Origin: Anaerolineae bacterium
GTDB taxonomy: Bacteria > Chloroflexota > Anaerolineae > UBA1429
Length of the DNA: 64,000 nt
NCBI GenBank assembly: GCA_963675785.1
Contig: OY776562.1
Coordinates: forward strand, 1,440,001 to 1,504,000
Direction of reading: 5' to 3'
Shown: piece by piece, positions 17,391-27,797 of the stretch
Layout: each line of letters opens with the position of its first letter
How positions within the stretch are numbered: position 1 is the stretch's first letter
Notes under the pieces: generated by a model
What the model was told of the DNA's origin: nothing
Databases searched by the model: none
The model's input: the letters and a program-made list of their open reading frames with translations, nothing else
Position numbers and translations under genes: made by a program

Positions 17391-19001
17391 TTACAACAAC
17401 CTATCCTGCTGAGCCTCGTCCTTCACGCGCTCCGCCTGAGCCAGCGTCACATTCGCCTGCGGATAATCGAACCACTCCTCACCCAAAAGCTGCTCAATTG
17501 TCCGAATCTGCACCTTTTGGTAATCCCGCCCCCAGGCATCCGAATGATAATACCCCTCGCCCAGAGCCTCCACGTCCATCGGCTTGCTGGGCCGTTCCAG
17601 CGTGATGAAAAAGCCCATTACCGCCTTTTCCCGATCCACCACGTGGGCCAGATCGCGGATATAGGCCGCTTGCACATGCCCGCTCTTGACCTGCACCACC
17701 ACCTTCTTGGCGCTGCCCCTGGCCGTATCGCGGAAATAGAGCACCCCGTCGATCCCCTGGTCGGCGCCCTTTTTTTGATTGTTGGCCGGTTGAGCCTTGA
17801 TCAAACTCAGCGCCCACCACTCGAACTGGTGCCGATCCACGCGGGCCAAATGCTCCGCCGAGGCCAGATCCGCCGGTTGCCCCACCACCTCGTATTTACA
17901 CGTATCGCCAAACATATCGTCCAACCGCTGGCGCATCAGCGCGATGGAGAGATGGGTGATATCGATCCCCAGCCACTTGCGTCCCAGCTTTTGGGCCGCA
18001 GCCACCGCCGTGCCGCAACCGCAGAACGGGTCTAGTACCACATCGCCCGGGTTGGACGAGGCTTCGATGATGCGCTCCAGCAGGGACAGCGGCTTTTGCG
18101 TGGGGTAGCCAAGACGCTCATTGCCACCCGCAGGCGTAATATCCGTCCAAAGGTCCTGGAGGGGAATCCCCGGCATCTCATCGAGATATTGCTTCAATCT
18201 AGGCATTCCACTGCTCGTGTAGTACAGTAGCCCCTTTCGTTCAAACTCTTGCATATTCTCTTTAGAATAAGCCCAATAACGCCCTTTATATGGCAGGACA
18301 CCTTTCCATTCATAAGATGTTTCCCCGCCGGGCTTTGCCGCAGTTAGATCAGTTGTCTTGTAATATCTACCCGTAGTATCTTCAATTTTACCATAATTAC
18401 TTTCAATATAGTCATCATCGTAATCTGAATAAACTGTATTCCAAGTATAGAACTGTTCCTTACTATAAAATAAGATTATGTCATGAACCCGGCCATGCTG
18501 CCTTCGCCCCTGCTTGGCGTCACTGTGAGCACTGGTGCGCTTCCAGACTATCTCCGTGCGGAAATTCTCTTTGCCAAACACTGTGTCCATCACTATCTTC
18601 AAATAGTGGCTGGCCGTGGGGTCGCAGTGCAGGTAAATGGAACCGGTGTCTTTGAGCACGCGGTGCAGCTCGATCAGGCGCAGGGTCATCATCACCAGGT
18701 AAGCGGTCATGTCGTTGCGCCCCACAAAACCCACAATGGCGTCCATCATCTCCACCACGTGGGGCGCCGCCGTCATCTCGATCTCCCGCAGCGTCTCTTC
18801 GGCGCTGGCGTTCCAGTGCCAGCTGTCGTCAAAAGCCGTAATCTGCGATTCGGCAGACGTGCCATTAGACTCTTTGAACAGCACATTGTACGAGCGGTTC
18901 GAATTGAACGGTGGGTCGAGGTAAATCAAATCCACCGACTCGTCGGCAACGTATTCGCGGAGAATATCCAGGTTGTCGCCGTAATAAAGAGTGTTCTTCA
19001 T
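17391..19001 (-). CDS. Beta-class N6/N4 DNA methyltransferase fused to a C-terminal Mrr-like endonuclease domain
   Basis: AGGAG RBS. YGDNL, motif IV IYLDPPF, YPTQKP and motif I DPFCGCGT, then GADQGIDG...VVQVKSG. Confidence 0.88.
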   Translation of the reverse strand: MKNTLYYGDNLDILREYVADESVDLIYLDPPFNSNRSYNVLFKESNGTSAESQITAFDDSWHWNASAEETLREIEMTAAPHVVEMMDAIVGFVGRNDMTAYLVMMTLRLIELHRVLKDTGSIYLHCDPTASHYLKIVMDTVFGKENFRTEIVWKRTSAHSDAKQGRRQHGRVHDIILFYSKEQFYTWNTVYSDYDDDYIESNYGKIEDTTGRYYKTTDLTAAKPGGETSYEWKGVLPYKGRYWAYSKENMQEFERKGLLYYTSSGMPRLKQYLDEMPGIPLQDLWTDITPAGGNERLGYPTQKPLSLLERIIEASSNPGDVVLDPFCGCGTAVAAAQKLGRKWLGIDITHLSIALMRQRLDDMFGDTCKYEVVGQPADLASAEHLARVDRHQFEWWALSLIKAQPANNQKKGADQGIDGVLYFRDTARGSAKKVVVQVKSGHVQAAYIRDLAHVVDREKAVMGFFITLERPSKPMDVEALGEGYYHSDAWGRDYQKVQIRTIEQLLGEEWFDYPQANVTLAQAERVKDEAQQDRLL

Positions 19002-19104
19002 AAACTCCTGCCCTGCGCGGGTGATGGATTCTTTTATCGTGGTTTCAACCATATTATGCTGTAGCCTCAAGCCCTGTCAAGAGATCAACCTGGAACCCCT
19101 CATG

Positions 19105-19425
19105 CACCTGCTTTACGTCCGCAGACCGCCCTCCCCTAGACCTCGCGCACCTGTTTTACGTCCGCAGGACGCCTATCCCTAGGCCGGAGACGTCAGCGGT
19201 TGGTACAACCGCAAGTCCCGGCCATACGCCAACCCGCCACCTCCTCACACAAACCCGCTCTACGTCCGCAACACGTACCTTCCCTAGACCCCGCACCATC
19301 GCCAAAGTACGAACTCTGGCTCAAGAGCCTCGACGGAATCCAGTGGATCCCGTCGAGGGTTTGCAGATGGTAGCACTAGGGTTTAGCCTAGTGCGTCAAA
19401 ACAATTACCACCTCTCTAAACCTCT
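19105..19425. repeat. ~300-bp direct repeat of 16190-16494
   Basis: Near-identical run from agaccgccctcccctagacc through gcactagggtttagcctagtgc to ccacctctctaaacctct. Confidence 0.88.
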
Positions 19426-19529
19426 CTCACACCCGCTCTAGGTCGCAGAACGTGTCTTCCCCTCTCCCTCACTCGCCTTTGCCATCACCTTATGCTATAC
19501 TCCGCGCCTCACCAGCAAGAGGGGGCAAA

Positions 19530-20654
19530 ATGAAAACGCGCATTCTGGGACGTACCGGCATCGAGGTGGGCGCCATCGGCCTCGGCACTGAATATCTCAT
19601 CAGCAGCACACAAGACGACATGCGCCAGGTGCTGGAGGCGGCCGTAGCCGCACATCCGGCCAGTGCCAAGTGTTATGTCGACCTGCTCTACAACGGTGAC
19701 CTCTTTTGGACTCGCTTTGCGCCTGTCGCAGAGCCCCTCCGCGACCGCCTGGTCATGAGCACCCACTGGGGCTGTGCCATCGTCGATGGCCACTGCGTCA
19801 ACATCCGCGACGATGCTGACTGTCAGGTCGAATTCGACAGCACCCTGGCCCGCATCGGCGGCTATACCGAAGTCGGCATGTTGATGATGGTCGACCACAT
19901 CGACCTCTGGAAACGCTGGGGCTTGCCCGCGCTGGATCGGCTGTTGGCCTACAAAGCCGCCGGCAAAGTAGGCAGCATTGGCCTTAGCTGCCACGCCCCC
20001 GACGTAGCCCTGCCCATCATCGAGAGTGGCGCCATCGACGTGCTCATGTACCCCGTCAACTTTACCACCCGCGCCGTCGCTGGTAACCAGGAACTCTACG
20101 CCGCCTGCCAAAAACTCGGCGTGGGCCTTGTAGCCATGAAACCTTACGCCGGGGGTATGCTCCTCAGCGAGCAGGAGCGTTCTCGGCTGTGGTATGTGCA
20201 TACCGGCGGTAGCGCTGCCTCGCTAGAGACGGGAACCCAGGTCACCACCGCCCAGTGCTTGCAGTATGTGCTCGATCAAGGCGTCTCCACCATAGTGCCG
20301 GGCGTGCGCAATCTGGACGAATACCAGGCTGCCCTTGATTTCTGGCAGCAGTCCGAAAACGCCCGCGATTACAGTGGTGTATTAGAGCACATCACCACCG
20401 ATGTCATGGGCTCTTGCGTCTATTGCAACCATTGCCAGCCCTGCGCCGTAAGCATCGATATTGGCGAAGTCATGCGTCTGCTCACCCTCATGACCGGCGG
20501 CGGCACCGTGGATCCCTTCATCCAGGCTACCTACGATGCACTCGATGTACACGCCAGCGATTGCATCGCCTGTGGCGATTGTGAGCCGCGTTGCCCCTAC
20601 CAGGTGCCCATCATCGAGCGCATGGAATACACCGTTGAGGTCTTTGGCAGCTAA
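19530..20654 (+). CDS. Aldo/keto reductase with C-terminal 4Fe-4S dicluster
   Basis: RILGRTG...IGLG, GKVGSIGLSCH and AMKPYAGG. CVYCNHCQPC and CIACGDCEPRCP. Confidence 0.88.
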   Translation: MKTRILGRTGIEVGAIGLGTEYLISSTQDDMRQVLEAAVAAHPASAKCYVDLLYNGDLFWTRFAPVAEPLRDRLVMSTHWGCAIVDGHCVNIRDDADCQVEFDSTLARIGGYTEVGMLMMVDHIDLWKRWGLPALDRLLAYKAAGKVGSIGLSCHAPDVALPIIESGAIDVLMYPVNFTTRAVAGNQELYAACQKLGVGLVAMKPYAGGMLLSEQERSRLWYVHTGGSAASLETGTQVTTAQCLQYVLDQGVSTIVPGVRNLDEYQAALDFWQQSENARDYSGVLEHITTDVMGSCVYCNHCQPCAVSIDIGEVMRLLTLMTGGGTVDPFIQATYDALDVHASDCIACGDCEPRCPYQVPIIERMEYTVEVFGS

Positions 20655-20749
20655 AGGCTGCAAAAACAGTCTAAACGGCTCTATATACTCATCATGCTCA
20701 GTATACCAAGATTCTTGTCATTTTTCCGGTAGCTCGTACTTTATGTAAA

Positions 20750-20772
20750 GAAGGCGCCCCAAGGGCGCCTTC
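20750..20772. terminator. Probable terminator hairpin
   Basis: gaaggcgccc/gggcgccttc between convergent genes. Confidence 0.55.
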
Positions 20773-20801
20773 CTCATCCGTTAGTTCCCCACGACCGAGC
20801 A

Positions 20802-21311
20802 TCATCTCTTTTTGCAGGGCACATAGTAATCGAGAATCGCCTCGCCCTTGCCTTCTTGCATCGGCTGAACAAAGCGCTCCTCAGCGTACACCTCCATTGA
20901 ATAGCCGTAGCTATAATCGGGAGCATAATCGCTTTCAGCCAGCGCCTCTTCCGTCAAGCCATGGGCGTTGGTGTAGATGTCCGGCTCCACCCCTTGGATG
21001 TAGCCAATGCCCATCACACAGGGCGCCAAATCGCGATAGTCATACCCCTCCGGAACCGCCGTCCCCCTCGGGAACAACATGCCCGCAATATAGGTGAACA
21101 TCTTGGTTTCAGCGTTCCATTCGCCCATCCAACCTACATAAGCGTCGTTACTAGGTCCTAATGCCTCTAGCACTTGAAAGATACCTTCGTTCATACACGT
21201 TTCCCAGTACGCCGGCACAGGATTCTCCGCCCCCATTTGAACGACGATCGACTTGCCAATGACCCTCGTCGCGGCAAAATCCTCGAATAGCAGTTCCACC
21301 AGCTTTGCCAT
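20802..21311 (-). CDS. GyrI-like small-molecule-binding domain protein
   Basis: GAGG RBS. VIGK, YIAGM...VPEGY, MEVY and DYYVP patterns. Confidence 0.65.
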   Translation of the reverse strand: MAKLVELLFEDFAATRVIGKSIVVQMGAENPVPAYWETCMNEGIFQVLEALGPSNDAYVGWMGEWNAETKMFTYIAGMLFPRGTAVPEGYDYRDLAPCVMGIGYIQGVEPDIYTNAHGLTEEALAESDYAPDYSYGYSMEVYAEERFVQPMQEGKGEAILDYYVPCKKR

Positions 21312-21488
21312 GATACCTCACCTCCCTGCTGAACACCCACCTTTGAAATTGTAGCAGGCGCGAGGTCTCATCCGCAAGCTCTACATATTTTCTAGGCCAT
21401 ATTCTACGTTGCGTTTCCTTGCAGTTCGCGTTAAGCAGAGTACAATACACGCGTTCCATACACCACACCCCACCCGGAGGACACTTGC

Positions 21489-22568
21489 ATGCAAGCTATC
21501 GTTCGTATTCTGTCTGTCCTGGTCATTCTGGCCGCTGTTCTATTGGTCCCTGCGGGCACTGTTCAAGCTGACGATACAACGCACGACGTTGAAATTGGTG
21601 CCTATGTTTACCCCGTAACAGCCGAAAGCCTGCGCAACTGGGAGAGCCTTGTTGACCGCCATGTAGCTACTGTCAACATATTCATCGGCTGGGGAGACGA
21701 CCAAGCGTTGGCTTTTCCCACCGAAACAGCTACCAATGTGATCCTGCAGCATGACCACGGCTGTACCCACACCATCCCCATGATCACGGTGGAACCCTGG
21801 CTTTCTTTGGAAGCCATCACCAATGGCAATTATGATGCCCAGCTCATCGCCTTTGCCCAAGATGCCGCAGCCTACTCAAACCGCTATGGCGACCCTGTGC
21901 GCATACGCTTTGCCCATGAAATGATCCAGGATGATGTAGCTAGTAATGGCGGCGAATGGTATCCTTGGCAAGACCAGCCCGCAGCTTATGTGGCTGCCTG
22001 GCAGCATGTCTATACCGTAATCACCAACGCTGGGGCGACTGATATCGAATGGGTTTGGTGCCCCAATAACTGGCCCTTTGACAATACCATTGTTAGCAAG
22101 TATTTCCCCGGTGTCGATTATGTGGACTGGCTGGGCATGGATGGCTATAACTGGACCAATACCGATAATGCTCCCGGCTATCCCGATTGGCAGTGGTTCG
22201 ACGATATCTTTTATTGCCTCTATCATACCTTTGTTGATAATCCAGGGACCTATGGCAATTTGCCAGTCATGATCGGCGAAACTGCCTCTGCCGAGGCAAG
22301 TATCTACGAAGAAGCTGGGCAAACCAAGGCACTGTGGATTACGAACACTCTGGCTCGCATCGGATCGAGCGATTACAGCCGTATTAGCGCGTTCTACTGG
22401 TTCGATGAGGACAAGGAAAACGATTGGCGCGTTAGTTCGAGCTCGGAAGCAACCACCGCGTTTAAAAATGGCGTCAGTGGCGACGGCTGGCTCTCTCATC
22501 CAGAGCTCAACAATGTAGCCGTACCACTGGTTGTGAAAAACAAACATTGGACGGATCGTAATGCCTAG
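21489..22568 (+). CDS. Secreted glycoside hydrolase family 26 (beta-mannanase-like)
   Basis: Signal peptide. IRFAHEM, WYPW, YVAAW, WVWCPN, YFPG.DYVDWLGMDGYN and MIGETA. C-terminal VAVPLVVK. Confidence 0.85.
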   Translation: MQAIVRILSVLVILAAVLLVPAGTVQADDTTHDVEIGAYVYPVTAESLRNWESLVDRHVATVNIFIGWGDDQALAFPTETATNVILQHDHGCTHTIPMITVEPWLSLEAITNGNYDAQLIAFAQDAAAYSNRYGDPVRIRFAHEMIQDDVASNGGEWYPWQDQPAAYVAAWQHVYTVITNAGATDIEWVWCPNNWPFDNTIVSKYFPGVDYVDWLGMDGYNWTNTDNAPGYPDWQWFDDIFYCLYHTFVDNPGTYGNLPVMIGETASAEASIYEEAGQTKALWITNTLARIGSSDYSRISAFYWFDEDKENDWRVSSSSEATTAFKNGVSGDGWLSHPELNNVAVPLVVKNKHWTDRNA

Positions 22569-22602
22569 GATTAACCATGGCTAGTGATAGTTGGAGGTAA
22601 GC

Positions 22603-23655
22603 ATGAGCGAAAATGAGGTGGGGCGTTATTGGCCCCGCAGTGAACTGGTGGTCAAAGAGACGTATGTGCCCCGGGCCAAATACCCGGCTATTGACGCCCA
22701 CAACCACCTGACCAACGATTGCTGCACTGCGTGGGAACGACCCTTTGGCGAATACATCGAGGCCATGGACGCCGCCAATGTCGAGGCTGTGGTCAACCTC
22801 TCTGGCGGCTGGGATGATACCCTCAAGCACAACATCGAGCGGCTGGAAGGCGCTTATCCGGGCAGGTTCCACACCTTTTGCACCCTGGATTGGAACGGCG
22901 TGGGCGCACCGGGCTGGCTCGAAACCACTCTTGCCCGCCTGGAGACCGCCAAATCCGCCGGTGCCCTGGGGCTCAAAGTGTACAAAGAGCTGGGGCTGGG
23001 CTGGCGCGATGTGGATAACAAGCTGTTTATGGCTTCCGATTCACGTATCAGCGAGGTCTGGCAGGCCTGCGGAGAGCTGGGCTTGCCGGTGCTCATTCAC
23101 TCAGCGGACCCGCGCGCGTTCTTTAGGCCCATCACACCCGAAAACGAGCGCTGGGACGAGCTCCACAAAAAGCCCGAATGGGCCTTTACCCCTGGTGGCA
23201 AGCCACCGCGTGACTTTCCCGAATTCGAAGCGCTGATCGAGGCCCTATACAGCACCATCGAGGCCCACCCGCGCACCACATTCATTACTGCTCACGTGGG
23301 CTGCTACCCCGAGAATTTGGGCTTTGTGAGCCAGATGCTGGACAAGTTGCCCAACATGTACACAGACATCTCGGCACGCATGGCTGAGCTGGGTCGCGCA
23401 CCCTACTCGGCACGGCGTTTCTTTATCAAACACGCCGACCACATCCTCTTTGGTACCGATAACTCGCCTAGAACCGAGGTGTACCGCCTGCACTGGCGCT
23501 TTTTAGAGACCGATGACGAGTATTTCAGCTACAACTCGCGCGAGGGCATCCCTCCCCAAGGGCGCTGGCGAGTCTATGGCCTCTACCTGCCAGACGATGT
23601 CCTGAAAAAGATCTGTCGCGACAACTGGCTGCGGGTAGTTGGTAAAACGGATTAA
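22603..23655 (+). CDS. Amidohydrolase family 2 protein
   Basis: GGAGG RBS. IDAHNH, GLKVYK, LIHSAD, AHVG and LFGTD. Confidence 0.88.
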   Translation: MSENEVGRYWPRSELVVKETYVPRAKYPAIDAHNHLTNDCCTAWERPFGEYIEAMDAANVEAVVNLSGGWDDTLKHNIERLEGAYPGRFHTFCTLDWNGVGAPGWLETTLARLETAKSAGALGLKVYKELGLGWRDVDNKLFMASDSRISEVWQACGELGLPVLIHSADPRAFFRPITPENERWDELHKKPEWAFTPGGKPPRDFPEFEALIEALYSTIEAHPRTTFITAHVGCYPENLGFVSQMLDKLPNMYTDISARMAELGRAPYSARRFFIKHADHILFGTDNSPRTEVYRLHWRFLETDDEYFSYNSREGIPPQGRWRVYGLYLPDDVLKKICRDNWLRVVGKTD

Positions 23656-23658
23656 GTT

Positions 23659-23688
23659 AAAGGCCCTGAGCATACGCTCAGGGCCTTT
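23659..23688. terminator. Bidirectional intrinsic terminator
   Basis: aaaggccctgagc/gctcagggccttt between convergent genes. Confidence 0.8.
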
Positions 23689-23702
23689 CTAGTCTTTCCT
23701 GA

Positions 23703-24485
23703 TCAGAGTTTGTAATTAGTCCAGTTCTCCAGCGCAGCACGAATAGAGCGCTCCATCTCCTTGGAAAAGTCCGAGCCCGTCTTGCCAGCATAGTGCTGCT
23801 GACCGTAATTCTCGGCGCCGAACTTGTTCTCCACACTAAAAGAGGCCGTGCGTTCCTTGATGAGCTCGGCGAATTCCTCGCCCGTAGTCACCCGGTAGGT
23901 GTTCTCAGAGACAATGTTCTCTATGGGCAGGCGTTCCCGCGTCTTGGGGCGACGCCCATTGGGGAAATAGCCGTAGCAGAGCATACACACGGGGAAGGTC
24001 CACTCGGGCAACTTGAAGAGATCGCGATGGGTCTCGTAATTCTCCATGATGTCGCCAATGTAGCAAGAGCCAATGCCCAACGACTCGGCGGCAATGACGG
24101 TGTTCTGGGCAGCGATAATGGCATCGTTGGCGCCCAACATGAACTCGGAATAGCCCGGGGACAGAAAAGCCTCGCCCCTGCCCTCCATGAACTCTTTGAC
24201 GCCCGAATAGGCATAGTAATCATACCAGCGTTGATAGTCGGCCAGAAACACCAACACCATGGGCGCCGTGGTGATAAAAGGCTGATTATCGCAAGTGTGC
24301 GAAAGGGTTTCTTTCATTTCCTGGTCGGTCACATCGATGATAGAGTAGAGCATCATGTTGCCCGCCGTGGGGGCACGCAGGGCGCTCTGCAGAATGAGGT
24401 TCTTGTCTTCGACCGTGATGGGCCGCTCGTCGTATTTGCGCAGCGAAGCACGCTGAAAGATCAATTCCAGGGTTTCATTCATCAT
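23703..24485 (-). CDS. Nitroreductase-family (NfsA/Frp-like) flavin reductase
   Basis: RASLRKY, APTAGNMM, AAQN...AAESLGIGSCYIG and RERLP. Confidence 0.88.
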   Translation of the reverse strand: MMNETLELIFQRASLRKYDERPITVEDKNLILQSALRAPTAGNMMLYSIIDVTDQEMKETLSHTCDNQPFITTAPMVLVFLADYQRWYDYYAYSGVKEFMEGRGEAFLSPGYSEFMLGANDAIIAAQNTVIAAESLGIGSCYIGDIMENYETHRDLFKLPEWTFPVCMLCYGYFPNGRRPKTRERLPIENIVSENTYRVTTGEEFAELIKERTASFSVENKFGAENYGQQHYAGKTGSDFSKEMERSIRAALENWTNYKL

Positions 24486-24559
24486 GATCACACTTTCTGG
24501 CTAGGAGAGGCTTGATCAAGGATACCGCACCGGGGTAAAAGGTCAAAACACATGCAGTA

Positions 24560-24597
24560 AAACAAAGGGAGGAGTATTCTCACCCCTCCCTTTGTTT
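24560..24597 (-). terminator. Terminator after LVIVD gene
   Basis: aaacaaagggagg/cctccctttgttt stem immediately after the stop. Confidence 0.7.
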
Positions 24598-24603
24598 AGT
24601 CAA

Positions 24604-26577
24604 TCAGTTCAGAATATAGAGACCGTTAACATCGCTGGGAAAATAGACATAGCCATCAGCGGCAAAGGTATCATAAACTGCCCCATAGAAATTGCTATAG
24701 CTGGCCGCAATGAAAGGATTCAATGGATTGGTTACATCCACCACTACGAGCCCCGGACCATCGACCGCCACATAGGCGTACTCACCATCACTGTAAACAC
24801 CCCGTGCTGTGCCAGGCAGTTCGCAAGCAGCCAATCTATAAGGATACCCCGTATGCGCAGCCAGGACAGTCCATAGATAGTTGCCATCGGCAAAATAGCA
24901 GAAATCGCCATAGCCAGCGACATCTAAGGAATCAGTAGCCTGCCAATAGCCAGCCTCCGTTGGTGCCGTCGGATCGGTTACATCGGCCACCAACCAATAA
25001 TACTGACAAGCAAGATAAGCGTATCCTTCAGCAACATAGACTCGCTTGATGGTCAAGCCATATTCATTCCAGGTCGTCGCGACCTCCACAGGTGAGGAGG
25101 CATTGCTCACGTCCACAATGCGCAACCCTCCAGTGCCATCGGCTACATAAGCATAGTTCCCTACAACATCCACATCATAGACTTCATTGGGGCTATCCCA
25201 TACCGAGGCGACGACAGGATTACTTGGTGTGCGCACATCAACAACAGTAAGACCATCCCTACCGCAAGCCAGATAGGCATAACCGTTAGCCACATCCACG
25301 CATTTGGCATCTAGATGAGAAACACCATCAGACGGTGAGAAAATGCCCGTAAGCCCAACACGATAGGCCTCAGTCGGATGGCTTACATCCCATATCTCCA
25401 GCCCACTGAACCCCGCAGCAACATAGGCCAAATCGTTTGCCACATAAACGTCAAAGGCCCCCACACTCAAGTTGTTGACATACTCATCGCCAGGAATCTC
25501 TGGCCGCCCCATGATATATGGAAGATCAATACGACCCACTACAGGCCGCGGCGTAGGCGTTAAGGTAGGCGTGTGGGTTGCCGTGGGCGTAGGAGTAGGG
25601 TCATTACCTGTGTAGCGAAGGATGCAAAGTCCGCTATATAAATCCAGTGCATAGATATATCCGCCAGAGGAAGCAACAGATACACAATCTGGCAAGTCAT
25701 ACTGGCCTAACTCGCTGAGCTCTTGAGGATTAGAAACGTCTAAAAGCCTAACGCCATTTGTATTATTAGCAACAATCGCATATTCATCAGCAATACAAAC
25801 GTCTAGGCAAGTATCAGAAAAAGCGTATGCACCTACTTGAGTCAAACTTGATGGAGCACTAATATCAATGATGCAGAGTCCGCCGTAAGAATCTGCAACA
25901 TAGGCATAGTTCTCAGACACAATAACATTTTCAACCCAGTTTTCTGTTTCCCAATGACCTGCTTTACTGAGATTTGTAACATCACTTATATCATATGCAC
26001 AAAGTCCATAAAGACCCCTAGCTACCCAGGCATATCCGTCACTCACATAAATACCACAAGCATAGACTGGGGAATCAGATATGCCAACAGTAGCTGCTGC
26101 TGTTGGGTCACTCACATCCGCAACAACCAAACCATCTCCTCCCGCGATGTAGACATATTGTCCTACAGCACACGCGTCATAGTAGACTGAATCGGATGGA
26201 TTCCATGTCCCTATCTGAGTAGGTGATGTGGGGTCAGTCACATCAATTATACTGATCCCCAGGTTACCCCGAGCTACATATGCATAGCCCTCCGCAGTGG
26301 AGACAGACAGAGCATGAGTCGATGAGATACAAGAGCCAACTTCTACAGGATTGGCCGCATTACTCACATCAATAACTGAAAGGCCCTTAGTACCCGAAAC
26401 ATAAGCGTAATCTCCTATAACACAAACATCAGATGCACCTCGCGGTGTTTCAACATACCCCACCAATTCTATGTTCCAAGTACTGGCGTCTTCGGCATCA
26501 GCTATTGCTCCCGGCAGCAAAGGTGCCACCAACAAAAGAGCTAGAAGCGGAAACAGCAACCTGTAACTCTTGGACAT
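24604..26577 (-). CDS. Secreted LVIVD-repeat protein (two repeat blocks joined by a PT linker)
   Basis: Signal peptide. Repeats of YAYVA...GLxIxDVSxPxxP. PTPTPTATHTP linker followed by IDLPYIM. Confidence 0.88.
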   Translation of the reverse strand: MSKSYRLLFPLLALLLVAPLLPGAIADAEDASTWNIELVGYVETPRGASDVCVIGDYAYVSGTKGLSVIDVSNAANPVEVGSCISSTHALSVSTAEGYAYVARGNLGISIIDVTDPTSPTQIGTWNPSDSVYYDACAVGQYVYIAGGDGLVVADVSDPTAAATVGISDSPVYACGIYVSDGYAWVARGLYGLCAYDISDVTNLSKAGHWETENWVENVIVSENYAYVADSYGGLCIIDISAPSSLTQVGAYAFSDTCLDVCIADEYAIVANNTNGVRLLDVSNPQELSELGQYDLPDCVSVASSGGYIYALDLYSGLCILRYTGNDPTPTPTATHTPTLTPTPRPVVGRIDLPYIMGRPEIPGDEYVNNLSVGAFDVYVANDLAYVAAGFSGLEIWDVSHPTEAYRVGLTGIFSPSDGVSHLDAKCVDVANGYAYLACGRDGLTVVDVRTPSNPVVASVWDSPNEVYDVDVVGNYAYVADGTGGLRIVDVSNASSPVEVATTWNEYGLTIKRVYVAEGYAYLACQYYWLVADVTDPTAPTEAGYWQATDSLDVAGYGDFCYFADGNYLWTVLAAHTGYPYRLAACELPGTARGVYSDGEYAYVAVDGPGLVVVDVTNPLNPFIAASYSNFYGAVYDTFAADGYVYFPSDVNGLYILN

Positions 26578-26711
26578 CTTACAGCTCTCCCGATGCAATC
26601 CAACTTCGAAGCCAAATGAGACCTAACAATATAAGGAGTAATCTACGGTATCTTATGCTAATCTGATTTGTCAGGGCAGCCAGTTTAGTCAACCATGTAT
26701 AATTGGAGAAA

Positions 26712-27797
26712 TTATCGGAAAATCTTAAAGCCACTACCCTCTGCCAAATACATATACTCCTCCTCAATGAATATATTGTTAGGTCCACACATATAAAGCT
26801 CAAACTCAGTTTCAATGTACGGGCGCTCAGGCATATGGATATCAATAACTGTTATAATCCAGTTGCCATTACTCGCATATAGATAGCCATTCTTGGCAAA
26901 AAGATCAACTGGCTCATAATCCAGTTCAATTCCAGCGATAATAGCCGGTTCTCCGCGACTAGCGGGGCTCACAACCAACAAGTTGGCTCCATCAGCAAAA
27001 TAGCAATAACCGTCACAGGCATACAACACATTACAGCTCTGTAATGGCGCCCAATATCCTAAGGGATTGGGATTATATGGATCATTGACGTCAATTACTA
27101 GCCATCCTACATAACTTGCTAAATAAGCATAACCTTCGTAGACAAAAACCCGAGTACTATATAGATTGTAACCTGCTAGTGGAGAAGAAATCCAGCGTGG
27201 TGCTGTAGGATCAGAAACATCCAAAATGCAAAGACCATGATAACTATCAGCGACAACATAGGCATAATCCCCAACTACTTGTACATCACGAGCAAAGCCA
27301 GTCTGGGTCCAAACAGAAGCTACTTTGGGATCGTACGGATCACGCACATCAAAAATAACAAGTCCTAGATTGCCGCACGAGCGATAGGCAAAGCCATCAG
27401 ACACATCAATCTTGACATTTCCACTTTGAAACGCTAGCCCAACTGGATCTGCAAAGGATCTAGCACTCGAAATCTGGACAGGTAATTCTGAATCCGACAC
27501 ATCGAAAATCGTTATGCCACCCCACCCTGAGGCACAATAAGCATAGTCTCCTTGAACATATATATCAGTAGCGCCCGTTTCATCTATATAGGTACAGGAG
27601 ATATATTCATCTCCCAGAAAATTTGCCTTTCCTCGCAAAAAAGGAAGGAAAACCGGCGCCACAGATTGCACGGGCACAGGCGTCGCTCCTAGTGTAGGAT
27701 TGGGTTCCGCTGCTTGCACTGAATGCTCACCCGGCAGCAAAGCAGCCACCAACAAAAGAGCTAGAAGCGGAAACAGCAACCTGTAACTCTTGGACAT
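26712..27797 (-). CDS. Secreted LVIVD-repeat protein
   Basis: Same leader as 24604-26577. VFLPFLRG, then LVIFD/LCILD repeats. Confidence 0.85.
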   Translation of the reverse strand: MSKSYRLLFPLLALLLVAALLPGEHSVQAAEPNPTLGATPVPVQSVAPVFLPFLRGKANFLGDEYISCTYIDETGATDIYVQGDYAYCASGWGGITIFDVSDSELPVQISSARSFADPVGLAFQSGNVKIDVSDGFAYRSCGNLGLVIFDVRDPYDPKVASVWTQTGFARDVQVVGDYAYVVADSYHGLCILDVSDPTAPRWISSPLAGYNLYSTRVFVYEGYAYLASYVGWLVIDVNDPYNPNPLGYWAPLQSCNVLYACDGYCYFADGANLLVVSPASRGEPAIIAGIELDYEPVDLFAKNGYLYASNGNWIITVIDIHMPERPYIETEFELYMCGPNNIFIEEEYMYLAEGSGFKIFR

